This document shows positions 9,618 to 19,281 of a DNA stretch of 64,000 bases, one piece after another. The notes under the pieces were generated by a model. That model was not told the origin of the DNA. It saw only the letters and a list, made by a program, of their open reading frames with translations, and ran no database searches. Source of the stretch: an uncultured Candidatus Saccharibacteria bacterium (GTDB lineage: Bacteria > Patescibacteriota > Saccharimonadia > Saccharimonadales > JAGQNJ01); contig CAZDDV010000003.1 of NCBI GenBank assembly GCA_964504275.1, positions 8,690-72,689 on the forward strand. The letters are read 5' to 3'. Numbering within the stretch: the first letter of the stretch is position 1; each line of letters opens with the position of its first letter. Made by a program: the position numbers and the translations under genes.

Positions 9618-11252
9618 CTAGTCCGGAATGTAGTCGCCGTAAATTTCTGCTTCACAAATTGTGAGATAATTCGCGCCCGACGTGTTGGTTGCTGTCTGTG
9701 TGATGCGAATGTGTTTGTAGGCGGCATCATCTGTGCTTGGAATGAACCAAAATCCCCAACCTGATTGATGCCAGTAATAATCAAGCACCTGGACGTCTCT
9801 AATCGTCTCCCAGCTGCTATCGTCGTTGGACCCCTCGACTAAAAACGCTCTAAGCGCTTGGTCGCCATTAAATTGCGAACGACTGTGCAAACTAATTGAG
9901 TCCGGCCGCACTGTTCCGTCGTCGTATGTGAACTTAACCCATTGCGACGCGGCGTCTGTCGTCAAAAAGTCGGTCGAAAGATTGCTATCGTTGATATAGG
10001 ATTTATCGCCAATTGCTGTCGACGACACACTAATTGTGATCGCATGGTTGTGATTGACGTCATCAAAATCAGACAGATTCGTAGGAATATACCGCGTGGC
10101 ACCGGCGGGCAGAGCAGGCATGTCATACGCTTGCAAAGCGCCCCATACTTCAAAAGCGGCTAGGCTTATGCCGGAGGGATTTGCACCGTCATCCATGATG
10201 ATTTTAAAATATCGGTAGGCGTCCTGCGTGTATGTCATCGGATAAATACCGCGAACTCCGGTGCCGGCTTCTTTGGCGGCCAACACGTCATCCACCTTAT
10301 TGACGAGAGTAATCCAGGTCGTCAGGTCATTTGAACCCTGAATTGTCCACGACAACAAGACATCATTAAAGTCATTTCTTGTTGTGAATGCATAGTTACA
10401 TAAACGAATCTTATAATACTGCCCAATATCAAAAATAGCTTCTTGGCTCGGCAAGGCAGTGTTTACGGCCCAGATTGAGGAAGCATTATTATCAATCACG
10501 TTGTGATGGGAATACGCAGCAGCATACCAATTAGTTGAACTCGTTGATACTTGGCCTCGTTGCAATGGGTGCACCCAGGATTCCGCGCCGTCCTGGGTAG
10601 CAATCCATTCAAATAATCCTGGTTCTGACGTGTTTGACAAATCAAGCTCGTTTTCGTCGATAATAAATTGCTGTGTTTTTAGGTCGCCATAAAACTCAAC
10701 ACCAGCATAGCCAAAGTAATTGTTGCCTTCAGACGTGAGGCCGGTTGCGATAAATCGAAAGTAACGATAATACTGATTGCTCGAGCTAGCTTGAAATGAA
10801 TACCAGCCGTCGTTGACGACGGTTGCGTCATTTATGCGCTCATCAATAACCGTCCATACCGTGCCGTCTGATGAGGCTTCAACATTCCATGAGCGTGGAT
10901 AATTATCGTAGTTATACCGTCCTTTGACGGTGTAGTTGCTCACCTTAAGTTCCACGCTTGGCCCAAGATCATATTCAATCCACGATCCCGCTACATTTGA
11001 AGAAAACCAAGATGTTTCATCAACACGGTCAGTCGCATACCAAGGTTCAAAGCCAGGGGTAAAACTTGAGACTCGCATTCCAAGTCCGCGGTACAAGGGA
11101 TTATCAAAAACGACTGTGCCGAAGTTTGACCCAAGTGCATAGAAAAGCCCTTCGTCGTCACCGGGCGCATCCATAACAAAGGTTTGGTCAGTGATTTGGA
11201 CAACGTTGGCAATGTAGTTGCTACTCGCAACAACACCAAACGATCTAGACAC
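9618..11252 (-). CDS. Protein with three F5/8 type C (discoidin, galactose-binding-like) domains
   Basis: 544 aa with three repeats, each ending in a discoidin-type signature: YYRYFRFIATG...VEFYGD, YRYFKIIMDD...FEVWGA and YKHIRITQTA...AEIYGD. GTG start overlaps the upstream stop by 8 nt. Confidence 0.7.
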   Translation of the reverse strand: MSRSFGVVASSNYIANVVQITDQTFVMDAPGDDEGLFYALGSNFGTVVFDNPLYRGLGMRVSSFTPGFEPWYATDRVDETSWFSSNVAGSWIEYDLGPSVELKVSNYTVKGRYNYDNYPRSWNVEASSDGTVWTVIDERINDATVVNDGWYSFQASSSNQYYRYFRFIATGLTSEGNNYFGYAGVEFYGDLKTQQFIIDENELDLSNTSEPGLFEWIATQDGAESWVHPLQRGQVSTSSTNWYAAAYSHHNVIDNNASSIWAVNTALPSQEAIFDIGQYYKIRLCNYAFTTRNDFNDVLLSWTIQGSNDLTTWITLVNKVDDVLAAKEAGTGVRGIYPMTYTQDAYRYFKIIMDDGANPSGISLAAFEVWGALQAYDMPALPAGATRYIPTNLSDFDDVNHNHAITISVSSTAIGDKSYINDSNLSTDFLTTDAASQWVKFTYDDGTVRPDSISLHSRSQFNGDQALRAFLVEGSNDDSSWETIRDVQVLDYYWHQSGWGFWFIPSTDDAAYKHIRITQTATNTSGANYLTICEAEIYGDYIPD

Positions 11253-12033
11253 TCAAGTCTCCGACGATAACCCACTGGTTCGTGGCACGTTTTATAGCGG
11301 TCACAGACGACCATTGGTCGCGAAGATTCAGCCCTGGCGTGGCGTTTACCCCAACACCCGAATCGGCCAGCACACTAACTCGTCCAGTGTTTATACGCAG
11401 AATATCAATGCTAACTCCGATCGGAAACGCAACGTCGTTATTATGCGGAAGCGTTACGATCAGATCACTCGCGCTATCCATCTCGATTCGTTTGTACGCA
11501 TCAGCCAAGATAAGCGTATGGTTAGTTGTATATACTTCGGAATCTTGAGGTTGATTTGTATCGTTGGCGTTGGCACTAATAGTAAGCGTGCCATCTTCGT
11601 ACAAAAAATTGATATTCGTACCTTCAACAAGGTAGTCTTCTAGCTCGTCGCCAACCGCAGTCGATAGCCCGGTGATTGAGCCAGCGCTATGGGTATGTAC
11701 AGAGGCGGCCTTTTCGCTATCGAGCTCATCAAGCGCAGACTCCACATTACTTGATGCAAGGTCAGCTGATCCAGCATAAGAAATTGCCGATGCGGCGTGG
11801 GCAGCAGTTGCATCGCTCACGTGGTCATCGATGCTCGACTGCGTGGCGGGGGTAAAAGAAAGCTTCGCTTCCGTAACTGCGCCATCTTGTATATTAGTAG
11901 TCTCGACAATATCGGAAGGGATGGAATCCAGGGGCTTCAACGTACCGTCACTAGTATGAGCCACGAACAAAAAATCATTGAGGATATCACCCCATGAACC
12001 ATCATCGCCACCCGGGTCAGGTAAGCGGCTCAA
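11245..12033 (-). CDS. Phage tail-fibre-like protein
   Basis: 262 aa. The N-terminal SWGDILNDFL, IQDGAVTEAKLSF and ALDELDSEKAASVHTHSAGSITG resemble motifs recalled from phage tail-fibre and minor-tail proteins. Confidence 0.5.
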   Translation of the reverse strand: MSRLPDPGGDDGSWGDILNDFLFVAHTSDGTLKPLDSIPSDIVETTNIQDGAVTEAKLSFTPATQSSIDDHVSDATAAHAASAISYAGSADLASSNVESALDELDSEKAASVHTHSAGSITGLSTAVGDELEDYLVEGTNINFLYEDGTLTISANANDTNQPQDSEVYTTNHTLILADAYKRIEMDSASDLIVTLPHNNDVAFPIGVSIDILRINTGRVSVLADSGVGVNATPGLNLRDQWSSVTAIKRATNQWVIVGDLSV

Positions 12034-12147
12034 AATAGCGGCCTCAGCTTAGTATTCACACGCATGTTTAGATTATATATACATAAACACTATTGAGCAA
12101 TCGGCCCTCATGTCAATAGCAGGGGTGTTGATTGGAATCATTGCCAC

Positions 12148-12186
12148 AAAGAAAAGAACAGCCCTTTGCGCGTCCGCATTGGGCTG
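12148..12186 (-). terminator. Rho-independent terminator downstream of the repeat-protein gene
   Basis: On the minus strand, CAGCCC-N16-GGGCTG is followed by TTCTTTTCTTT. Confidence 0.6.
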
Positions 12187-12241
12187 ATCTTATATATTGA
12201 GTTTTGTTTTTGAATCAGTTAGATACTTGTACCCTAGCTGA

Positions 12242-12928
12242 TTAGTTTGTGCTGTTGTCTTGTCCTGCAGCTTGGAATGCGCCAACCTGAACAATGTCGT
12301 TGTCTTGGTCGTTATCTTGATCATTATCCTGATCGTTGTCTTGGTCGTTATCCTGTGAGTTGTCAACAGAGTTGTCGTTACCGCTGTTGTTGGTGTTACC
12401 GTTGTTACGAACATCAACGTCTACATCAGTGTTTCCGCTGTCACGGTTGTCGACACGGTTGTCAGTCTGCGTGTTAGTAAGTGTTACGGTGTTTCCACTG
12501 AAACGGTTGTCTGTCAGAGTGTTTCCGCTAAAACGGCTATCGTTGTTTGTGAGCGTATTGCCACTCCATCGGTAATCGTTAGTAGTTGTTGTGACGGAAG
12601 AAGTATTTACTTCGCTTTGTGATTGGCTAACCGCGCCTGGGACTGCGTATGCAAGTGCACCTGGGACGACATGGTATTTTCCGTAAGAAGCACCTTTAGC
12701 TGATGCGGAAGTGTGTGAGCCTTTGCCTGATGTCATGTGTGGGTCAACACATGCAGCAGCATATGGGCCAACATTTGCGTTTTGTGCAGCAAACGTAGCA
12801 GCGTCAGCAGATTGTGATTTTAGCATTGTAGTTGTTACAAACATTGCAACAGGTACAGCAACTAAAATTGCGATTAGAGTTGATAAAAAGGTTGAGACCG
12901 TATTGGCCTGAAATTGGTTTTGTCCCAT
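12242..12928 (-). CDS. Membrane-anchored or secreted low-complexity repeat protein
   Basis: 228 aa with an N-terminal hydrophobic helix, then three (R/W)(F/S)SGNT(L/V)T repeats and a C-terminal (DNDQ)x5 tract. Confidence 0.65.
   Translation of the reverse strand: MGQNQFQANTVSTFLSTLIAILVAVPVAMFVTTTMLKSQSADAATFAAQNANVGPYAAACVDPHMTSGKGSHTSASAKGASYGKYHVVPGALAYAVPGAVSQSQSEVNTSSVTTTTNDYRWSGNTLTNNDSRFSGNTLTDNRFSGNTVTLTNTQTDNRVDNRDSGNTDVDVDVRNNGNTNNSGNDNSVDNSQDNDQDNDQDNDQDNDQDNDIVQVGAFQAAGQDNSTN
12296..12355. repeat. Five imperfect 12-bp tandem repeats encoding (DNDQ)n
   Basis: gtcgttgtcttg / gtcgttatcttg / atcattatcctg / atcgttgtcttg / gtcgttatcctg. Confidence 0.85.
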
Positions 12929-13108
12929 GTGGGGTCCTCCGTTATTAGTTTAGTCCCACCCAGACATATATGTGATTTCACTCTAGCATGCGTCTAGTCA
13001 GCAGCGTCAAACGCTCATGCTTACATAATTTGTATAAACCTGTGCATAACTTAGGCCTGGCTACTGTTATACTGATTTTTGATCTGCAAGTCTTGTATAC
13101 TAGCGAGT

Positions 13109-13714
13109 ATGAGTGTTGTAAAACCAAGTCAAGGCCAAACTCGACTTACCTGGATTTTAATCGTTGGTGGGTTTCTGGGTCTCACGGCTGCGTTTGTGTT
13201 AACGCTCGAAAAGCTGGCGTTACTAAAAGATCCGGCACATCAACTATCTTGCAGTTTAAATCCGGTTTTATCTTGCGGACCAATCATTGGCTCAGAGCAG
13301 GCATCAGCGTTCGGATTTCCAAATCCGTTTATTGGCCTTGTCAGTTACGGCGTAATTATTACTGTCGGCATGGCGCTACTTGCCGGCGCTTCGTTCAAAC
13401 GATGGTTTTGGCTTGGCCTGCAAGCGGGCACAATTTTTGGCGTTGTGTTCATTCACTGGCTAGCGTTTGAAAGTATTTACGTGCTGAACGCACTGTGCTT
13501 GTACTGTCTACTTGTTTGGGCAGTGACGTTGCCGATGTTTTGGTACACAACTTTGTACAACCTAAAAACCGGGGTTATTAAAACGCCAAAGTCGCTGGCT
13601 AGCCCCGTAGGATTCGCACAGCGACATCATGTTGATATTTTGGTTGGCTGGTATTTGCTTTTTGTTATCGTAATCCTGGTTCATTTCTGGGATTACTGGC
13701 AAACACTAATTTAA
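13109..13714 (+). CDS. Vitamin K epoxide reductase (VKOR) family membrane protein
   Basis: Has a loop cysteine pair (LSCSLNPVLSCGP) and a CxxC in a transmembrane helix (ALCLYCLL) across four hydrophobic segments. The ORF-track start at 13079 is probably too early; MSVVKPSQ at 13109 is preferred. Confidence 0.8.
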   Translation: MSVVKPSQGQTRLTWILIVGGFLGLTAAFVLTLEKLALLKDPAHQLSCSLNPVLSCGPIIGSEQASAFGFPNPFIGLVSYGVIITVGMALLAGASFKRWFWLGLQAGTIFGVVFIHWLAFESIYVLNALCLYCLLVWAVTLPMFWYTTLYNLKTGVIKTPKSLASPVGFAQRHHVDILVGWYLLFVIVILVHFWDYWQTLI

Positions 13715-13715
13715 T

Positions 13716-13747
13716 AGTTTAAAGAAATTATTTTGATTCTTTAAACT
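13716..13747. terminator. Perfect 11-bp hairpin between convergent genes (candidate bidirectional terminator)
   Basis: AGTTTAAAGAA - ATTATTTTGA - TTCTTTAAACT. It overlaps the 3-prime end of the 13728-14198 gene. Confidence 0.45.
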
Positions 13748-14198
13748 GTGATCGAACCTGAAACAATACGTAGAATTCTAGAACTGCCCATAATACCGTC
13801 CAGACAATTGTGAACATAAACACGAGTGGTGATCGCAAACTTGTCACAAGGCCGTACGCAACAGAGAATAGCGCCGCGTAATACAAAAGTTGCCAGCCGC
13901 TGCGGTTCATTGCTTTTAGTTTCGGAACTGCAATAGCGAGTACAGCGCCCATTCCTACGAGTACGATCAATGAAAGCCACACCATTACAACTGATCCACC
14001 TGCGCCAACGGCTGTGCCGACGACGGACACAAAACCAACCGCAGCCAACAGTGGCAAGAACGCCAACACGCTAAAAATTACACCGACAAGCGCAAATATC
14101 CACGCATAAGTTGCAATCCATTTGCGTGCGTTTTCCGGAATTTGCACCGGCGCTTTTTTGACCAATAATTCTTCTAGTTTCTTTTCGATTTCTTGCAT
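13728..14198 (-). CDS. Hypothetical multi-pass membrane protein
   Basis: 156 aa with four hydrophobic segments. A GAGGGAG Shine-Dalgarno lies upstream of the ATG. Confidence 0.65.
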   Translation of the reverse strand: MQEIEKKLEELLVKKAPVQIPENARKWIATYAWIFALVGVIFSVLAFLPLLAAVGFVSVVGTAVGAGGSVVMVWLSLIVLVGMGAVLAIAVPKLKAMNRSGWQLLYYAALFSVAYGLVTSLRSPLVFMFTIVWTVLWAVLEFYVLFQVRSQFKESK

Positions 14199-14284
14199 GT
14201 ACTTTACTCCCTCACATTAGTTATTACTCTTAGGGTAATAAAAACAGCACGCAAAAGCAATCCGGGGGCGGTACAATGTATGCA

Positions 14285-17200
14285 ATGGGGAAGTTCGAAG
14301 ACGCCTACAAACAGCTCAATAAGGCTCAACGCGACGCGGTTGATTCTATAGAAGGCCCGGTACTCGTAATTGCTGGTCCGGGTACAGGAAAGACGCAGCT
14401 GCTTGCAACGCGCGTGGCAAATATTCTGCAAAGTCCAGACGCCCAGGCAGAGCCGAGCAATATTTTGTGTTTAACTTTTACGGAATCTGCGGCCTACGAA
14501 ATGCGCCAACGGCTCATCAACTTGATTGGGCAAAAGGCATATAACGTTTCTATCAGCACATATCATGCATTTGGCAGTGAGCTCATTAGTCGGTTTCCAG
14601 ATTATTTTAATAGCGACTACGACCAGCGGCCGATTGACGAGTTGGGGCAATATACTATCATCGATGCATTGATCGCCGAATTGCCGTACGATAATCCGCT
14701 CAAAAAATCTGGCAGTTATATCCACGATGTTGTTAGCGCAATCAGTGAATACAAACGAGCGCTGCTAGAACCAGAAGATTTGCGATTGATCGCAAGCCAG
14801 AACCTCGACTTTATCGCGGCCGTAAGCTCTATTACCGAAGAAACACTGCAAGGCATCGACAGAATTAGCAAAAAGTCGTTGACGGCGTTTGAAACTTTGC
14901 GCGATAAGACTACTGAATTGCCCATGCCCGACTCACCGCGGGACGTAATAGCGCTTGGAACACTCTGGCAAAACGAGCTTGATGCAGCACTAGAAGCAGC
15001 AGACGAAACCGGAAAAACAAACCCAGTAACTGCATGGAAAAACCGTTGGCTAGGGCGCGACGCAAACGCGCAATATATTGTTGCTGGTCGTTTTACTAAC
15101 TTAAAACTCCAGGCCATGGCCGATTTATATCAAAGCTACCTTGACGAACTAAACCGTCAGCAAGTTTTTGACTATGACGATATGATTTTGCGAGCAATAG
15201 CCGGCCTAAAAAACAGCGCGGAACTGCGCTACACTTTGCAAGAACAGTATCGCTACATCTTATTGGACGAATTTCAGGACACGAATGCTGCGCAGTTAGA
15301 AATTGTAAAACTGCTGAGCGACAGTCCGCTTCACGAAGGCCAGCCAAATGTATTGGCCGTTGGCGACGATGACCAAGCGATTTACGCATTTCAAGGCGCC
15401 GACTATTCGCACATGCTGGAGTTCCAAAAAATGTACAAAAACGTTAACGTCATAACGCTACGCGAAAACTATCGCTCGCACCAAGACATACTTGATACCG
15501 CTGGTAATGTCGCTAGCCAAATCGAAGAACGGTTGCACCACACATTGCCCGGCGTAGAAAAAACATTATCCGCACAAAGCTCGCGCTTACCTAAAAAAGC
15601 GGTTTTGCAGCGAAACGAATTTAAAAGCGATTTGGCGCAGTACGCATGGGTCACAAAACAGATTGCTCAACTCATCAAGGCTGGCACAAACCCCAAAGAA
15701 ATTGCCGTGCTTGCGCCAAAACATCGCTATCTAGAACCAATCATTCCATACTTGCGCCAGGCACGAATTGCCGTCCGTTACGATAAGCGCGAAGACGTAC
15801 TACAAGATCCCAAAATCATGCAACTTCTACATATGGCCGAGCTAGTTGACGCATTGCGCCGCGGCAATCAGGTGTTATGCGATAGTTTGTGGCCCGAAGT
15901 GCTCAGTTACGACTTTTGGGAAATATCGACCGAGCAAATCTGGAACATTTCTTGGGCAGCGGCCGACGCCCGAGAACATTGGATGCCACATTTATTAGCA
16001 GAACCAACCACCAAAATAATTGCGCTATTTTTTGCACAACTGAGCAATATAACCGGAATCGAAACACTCGAAACCATGTTGGACTACTTGGTTGGCGTCA
16101 AAGATATTTCGCTCGACAAAAACGAACCGACATTCGCATCACCGTTTTATAGCTTTAATTTTTCTAAGGAAAGACAAACTACTGACATTCAAAGTTTTTG
16201 GGCACTGCTGTCAAACTTGACTGTGCTTCGCCAGCGGTTGCGCGACTACAAAACAGAAGATGACGACCGTGTTAGCCTGCAAGATTTTGTAGATTTTGCG
16301 CACAATCATCAAGCCGCCAAAATTAAAGTATTAAACACCAGCCCATACCACGAGTCTTCGGACGCGGTTCAAGTCATGACAACGTATAAATCAAAAGGCC
16401 TGGAGTTCGAACACGTTTTTATGCTAGCAGCAATTGATGAAGTGTGGGGAAGCAAAGTTATCACTCAGACAACCAAGGTTCCGTTACCGCAAAACCTCGC
16501 CTTCGTGCGATATCAAGGCGCCAGTAACGACGAACGGCTGCGTTTATTATTTGTGGCGATTACGCGGGCAAAATATGGTTTGCACATGAGCAGCTACCGG
16601 CAAAACTTTGCAGGCAAGCCGACCACCAGGCTCAAATACTTTAACGAAGTCGAAGAAGTAGACGCTATTAAAAGCATGGTTTTACCAGTTGCAAATCAGG
16701 CAGTAATGTTTAGCGACGACGACGCGCCAGAAGTCAGCGAACTGGCGGCATTTTGGCATGGGCGGCACAGCGAACAAAAGTCGCTGGCGACGCTTAAGGA
16801 TATTTTGCGACCTCGTTTAGAGCGCTACCAAATGGCCCCGACGCACGTAAATAGTTTTACCGATACAATGTACGGCGGCCCGGAATATTTCTTCTTAAAT
16901 ACAATTTTGCGATTTCCAAAAGGGCCAATCATTAGCGGTGAGTTTGGAAACGCGATTCACGAGACTTTGGAGTGGATTCATTTGCAGCAGCGGCAACATC
17001 ATAAACTACCGACCGAAAAAGCAATTCTAGCGATGTTCGAAAAAAAGCTCCGCGATAAAAAACTGAGTGAGCGCGACACCAAACAACTCTTGAAGCGAGG
17101 AACATCTGCACTCAAAATTTACTTACCAGAAAAGCTGTCAGAATTCAGTGAAGATGACGAGCACGAGTGTAACTTCAAAAACCAGGGTATATTCGTGGGC

Positions 17201-17617
17201 AACGCGCACCTAAGCGGGAAGATCGACAAGCTGATCATTGATAAAAAAACGCGCACAATCAAAATTGTCGACTTTAAAACCGGCGACAGCTTCCAGAAAT
17301 GGAACTCGCAAAGTGTAAAACTACACAAATACCGCACCCAGTTGTACATATACAAATTATTAGTCGAAGGCTCACAGCGATTCGCCGACTATAGAGTAAC
17401 CGACGCATATCTAGAATTTGTTGAGCCGGATGAGCACGGGAAGATCAATCAACTGCACGTAGAATTTGACTCGGACGAAATGCAACGACTCAAAAAACTT
17501 ATCAATGTTGTATGGGAACATATTCTCAGCCTAAACTTTCCAAGCATCAATGGCTACAGCGACGACATCAAAGGTGTTAAAAACTTTGAAAGCGACCTGG
17601 AAAGTGGTAAAATATAG
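14285..17617 (+). CDS. UvrD/PcrA-type helicase fused to a C-terminal RecB-like PD-(D/E)xK nuclease
   Basis: Walker A is AGPGTGKTQLL and motif II is LLDEFQDTN. The C-terminal GKIDKLIIDKK...IVDFKTG...YRTQLYIY is a RecB-nuclease signature. The ORF-track ATG at 14276 overlaps a TACAAT -10 box (14272-14277), so the ATG at 14285 is preferred. Confidence 0.85.
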   Translation: MGKFEDAYKQLNKAQRDAVDSIEGPVLVIAGPGTGKTQLLATRVANILQSPDAQAEPSNILCLTFTESAAYEMRQRLINLIGQKAYNVSISTYHAFGSELISRFPDYFNSDYDQRPIDELGQYTIIDALIAELPYDNPLKKSGSYIHDVVSAISEYKRALLEPEDLRLIASQNLDFIAAVSSITEETLQGIDRISKKSLTAFETLRDKTTELPMPDSPRDVIALGTLWQNELDAALEAADETGKTNPVTAWKNRWLGRDANAQYIVAGRFTNLKLQAMADLYQSYLDELNRQQVFDYDDMILRAIAGLKNSAELRYTLQEQYRYILLDEFQDTNAAQLEIVKLLSDSPLHEGQPNVLAVGDDDQAIYAFQGADYSHMLEFQKMYKNVNVITLRENYRSHQDILDTAGNVASQIEERLHHTLPGVEKTLSAQSSRLPKKAVLQRNEFKSDLAQYAWVTKQIAQLIKAGTNPKEIAVLAPKHRYLEPIIPYLRQARIAVRYDKREDVLQDPKIMQLLHMAELVDALRRGNQVLCDSLWPEVLSYDFWEISTEQIWNISWAAADAREHWMPHLLAEPTTKIIALFFAQLSNITGIETLETMLDYLVGVKDISLDKNEPTFASPFYSFNFSKERQTTDIQSFWALLSNLTVLRQRLRDYKTEDDDRVSLQDFVDFAHNHQAAKIKVLNTSPYHESSDAVQVMTTYKSKGLEFEHVFMLAAIDEVWGSKVITQTTKVPLPQNLAFVRYQGASNDERLRLLFVAITRAKYGLHMSSYRQNFAGKPTTRLKYFNEVEEVDAIKSMVLPVANQAVMFSDDDAPEVSELAAFWHGRHSEQKSLATLKDILRPRLERYQMAPTHVNSFTDTMYGGPEYFFLNTILRFPKGPIISGEFGNAIHETLEWIHLQQRQHHKLPTEKAILAMFEKKLRDKKLSERDTKQLLKRGTSALKIYLPEKLSEFSEDDEHECNFKNQGIFVGNAHLSGKIDKLIIDKKTRTIKIVDFKTGDSFQKWNSQSVKLHKYRTQLYIYKLLVEGSQRFADYRVTDAYLEFVEPDEHGKINQLHVEFDSDEMQRLKKLINVVWEHILSLNFPSINGYSDDIKGVKNFESDLESGKI

Positions 17618-17619
17618 TA

Positions 17620-18435
17620 ATGAATACAACGAAAGAATCACCAGCACACAAAACAAAACCTCAAAAATCATACGAATCGAACCCATTCAAAGTCGTCTTT
17701 AACGGCTTTGGCAACATGTACAATATCAACCAAAATATGACTATCGTCCTTATGGTCGTAAGTGTACTCGGCATGTTCGGGTCATACGGTGGAAACGGTG
17801 GAGAGGTTGATGGCTCGAGCAACTTATTTCAATCAATGTCGCCGGAAGTTATCGCGGCAATCGTTGCAGCCGTCGCTGTTGTTTTGATTGTTGTTTTTGG
17901 CATTGGAATTTTCCTTACCACCATGTATTCGGGAATTGCATCTTATGTTGCACTCAAGACCGCCGAAGGCAAGACGGTTACTTTTAAAGAGTCTTTTACG
18001 GCCACACTAAAAAAATTCTGGACACTCTTTTGGATCAACTTTGTAGTGTTCTGGAAAATATTTGGCGGCTTGTTACTATTTATTGTTCCTGGTGTGCGTG
18101 CGATGCTTCGCTACAATATGGTGCATATGCACGTGTTTGACGACAATTCTTCTGCCAGCGAAGCGATTCAAAAAGCAAAGGCGCTAACAAAAGGTCACTT
18201 GATAGAAGTTTTTGGCGTGAGCACGGCCAGCGGTATTATTCCATTTATTGGCGAGGCGATGCTTGTTGGCGGACAATCGGTCATGTATCCACAACTTAAA
18301 GAGCTTAAAGCGTCAGGCGCAACTCCACCTAAGCCGCATTGGTTAAACTATTTAGCGTTTATAATTGGTGGTGGCTTTATACTTTTCTTTGGCCTTATCG
18401 TACTGATAATTGCAGCGATTGTTCAAGCCAGCTAG
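17620..18435 (+). CDS. Hypothetical multi-pass membrane protein
   Basis: 271 aa with several hydrophobic helices. It starts 2 nt after the helicase stop. Confidence 0.6.
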   Translation: MNTTKESPAHKTKPQKSYESNPFKVVFNGFGNMYNINQNMTIVLMVVSVLGMFGSYGGNGGEVDGSSNLFQSMSPEVIAAIVAAVAVVLIVVFGIGIFLTTMYSGIASYVALKTAEGKTVTFKESFTATLKKFWTLFWINFVVFWKIFGGLLLFIVPGVRAMLRYNMVHMHVFDDNSSASEAIQKAKALTKGHLIEVFGVSTASGIIPFIGEAMLVGGQSVMYPQLKELKASGATPPKPHWLNYLAFIIGGGFILFFGLIVLIIAAIVQAS

Positions 18436-18461
18436 CCACAACAGAAGCGCTCCCCAATCAA

Positions 18462-19205
18462 CTATTTGCGCTTGGCTTTTTTCTTGGCTTTTGTTACAAC
18501 TTTTCCAACTTCGGCTTCAATTTTAGATTTGGCTTTTTGTATCCGAGTTTTTGGTTCAAAGATGTTTAGTGGTTCTTCGTCAAGTTTTTCGCTTGCGAAC
18601 AAATACGCGTACAAGTTCATACCGATTACTGCGCCAATAATTGGCCCAGCAACATAAGCAATCGACCAAGATTGAATACCGAGCGCAACCGCCGGGTTTA
18701 AGCCTGCGTTTGAGCCTACGGCTGCAACGAGAATACCAAGACCCAAAGACCCACCAATAACGAGCGCTTTTCGACCACTATCAAACTTTTGATACACCGC
18801 GGCTGCGATCCCTAGTGTAAAAATCATTGTTCCGACAATTTCTGCCACAACAACCGGCCAGCCGAATTCTTTTTCTGCGATACTCGTTAATGGCCTCGCG
18901 CTAAGGTATTCGTACAAGCGCATCGCAATTGCCGCGCCAGCAAATTGCATAGCTAAGTACAGTAGCGCCGTAACCGTTGTAATCCTTTTGAGTGTCCACA
19001 TTCCAAGCGTGACAGCTGGATTTACGTGCGCACCAGAGTTTTCACCAAACATCGAGACAATCAGCGCCAATGTTAAACCAACCGCAATTGCCACAAAATA
19101 GGGGATTCCCACAGCCGATTTACTGGCAGCTAAAACGACCATTGTTAAAGTTGCCGTACCCAAAAGCTCCGCCACAAGCATGCTTACGTTTCGTCGTGTA
19201 ACCAT
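18462..19205 (-). CDS. Aquaporin / MIP-family channel with a Lys-rich C-terminal tail
   Basis: Two NPA boxes (HVNPAVTLG and GLNPAVALG). The tail is KAKSKIEAEVGKVVTKAKKKAKRK. Confidence 0.9.
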   Translation of the reverse strand: MVTRRNVSMLVAELLGTATLTMVVLAASKSAVGIPYFVAIAVGLTLALIVSMFGENSGAHVNPAVTLGMWTLKRITTVTALLYLAMQFAGAAIAMRLYEYLSARPLTSIAEKEFGWPVVVAEIVGTMIFTLGIAAAVYQKFDSGRKALVIGGSLGLGILVAAVGSNAGLNPAVALGIQSWSIAYVAGPIIGAVIGMNLYAYLFASEKLDEEPLNIFEPKTRIQKAKSKIEAEVGKVVTKAKKKAKRK

Positions 19206-19281
19206 TATTCTACCCTCCAGATTGAGATTAACTTATAACCCAAGTGTATCGTTTTGAGCCACAGATAACAACCTCAACCAT

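Noticed and set aside
9575-9625. Stop-codon read-through or recoding that would join the discoidin protein to the downstream protease (same frame, separated by TAG).
   Set aside because: A second in-frame TAG follows 11 codons later. TAG, TAA and TGA all terminate conserved genes at their expected lengths elsewhere in the window, so there is no support for an altered code.
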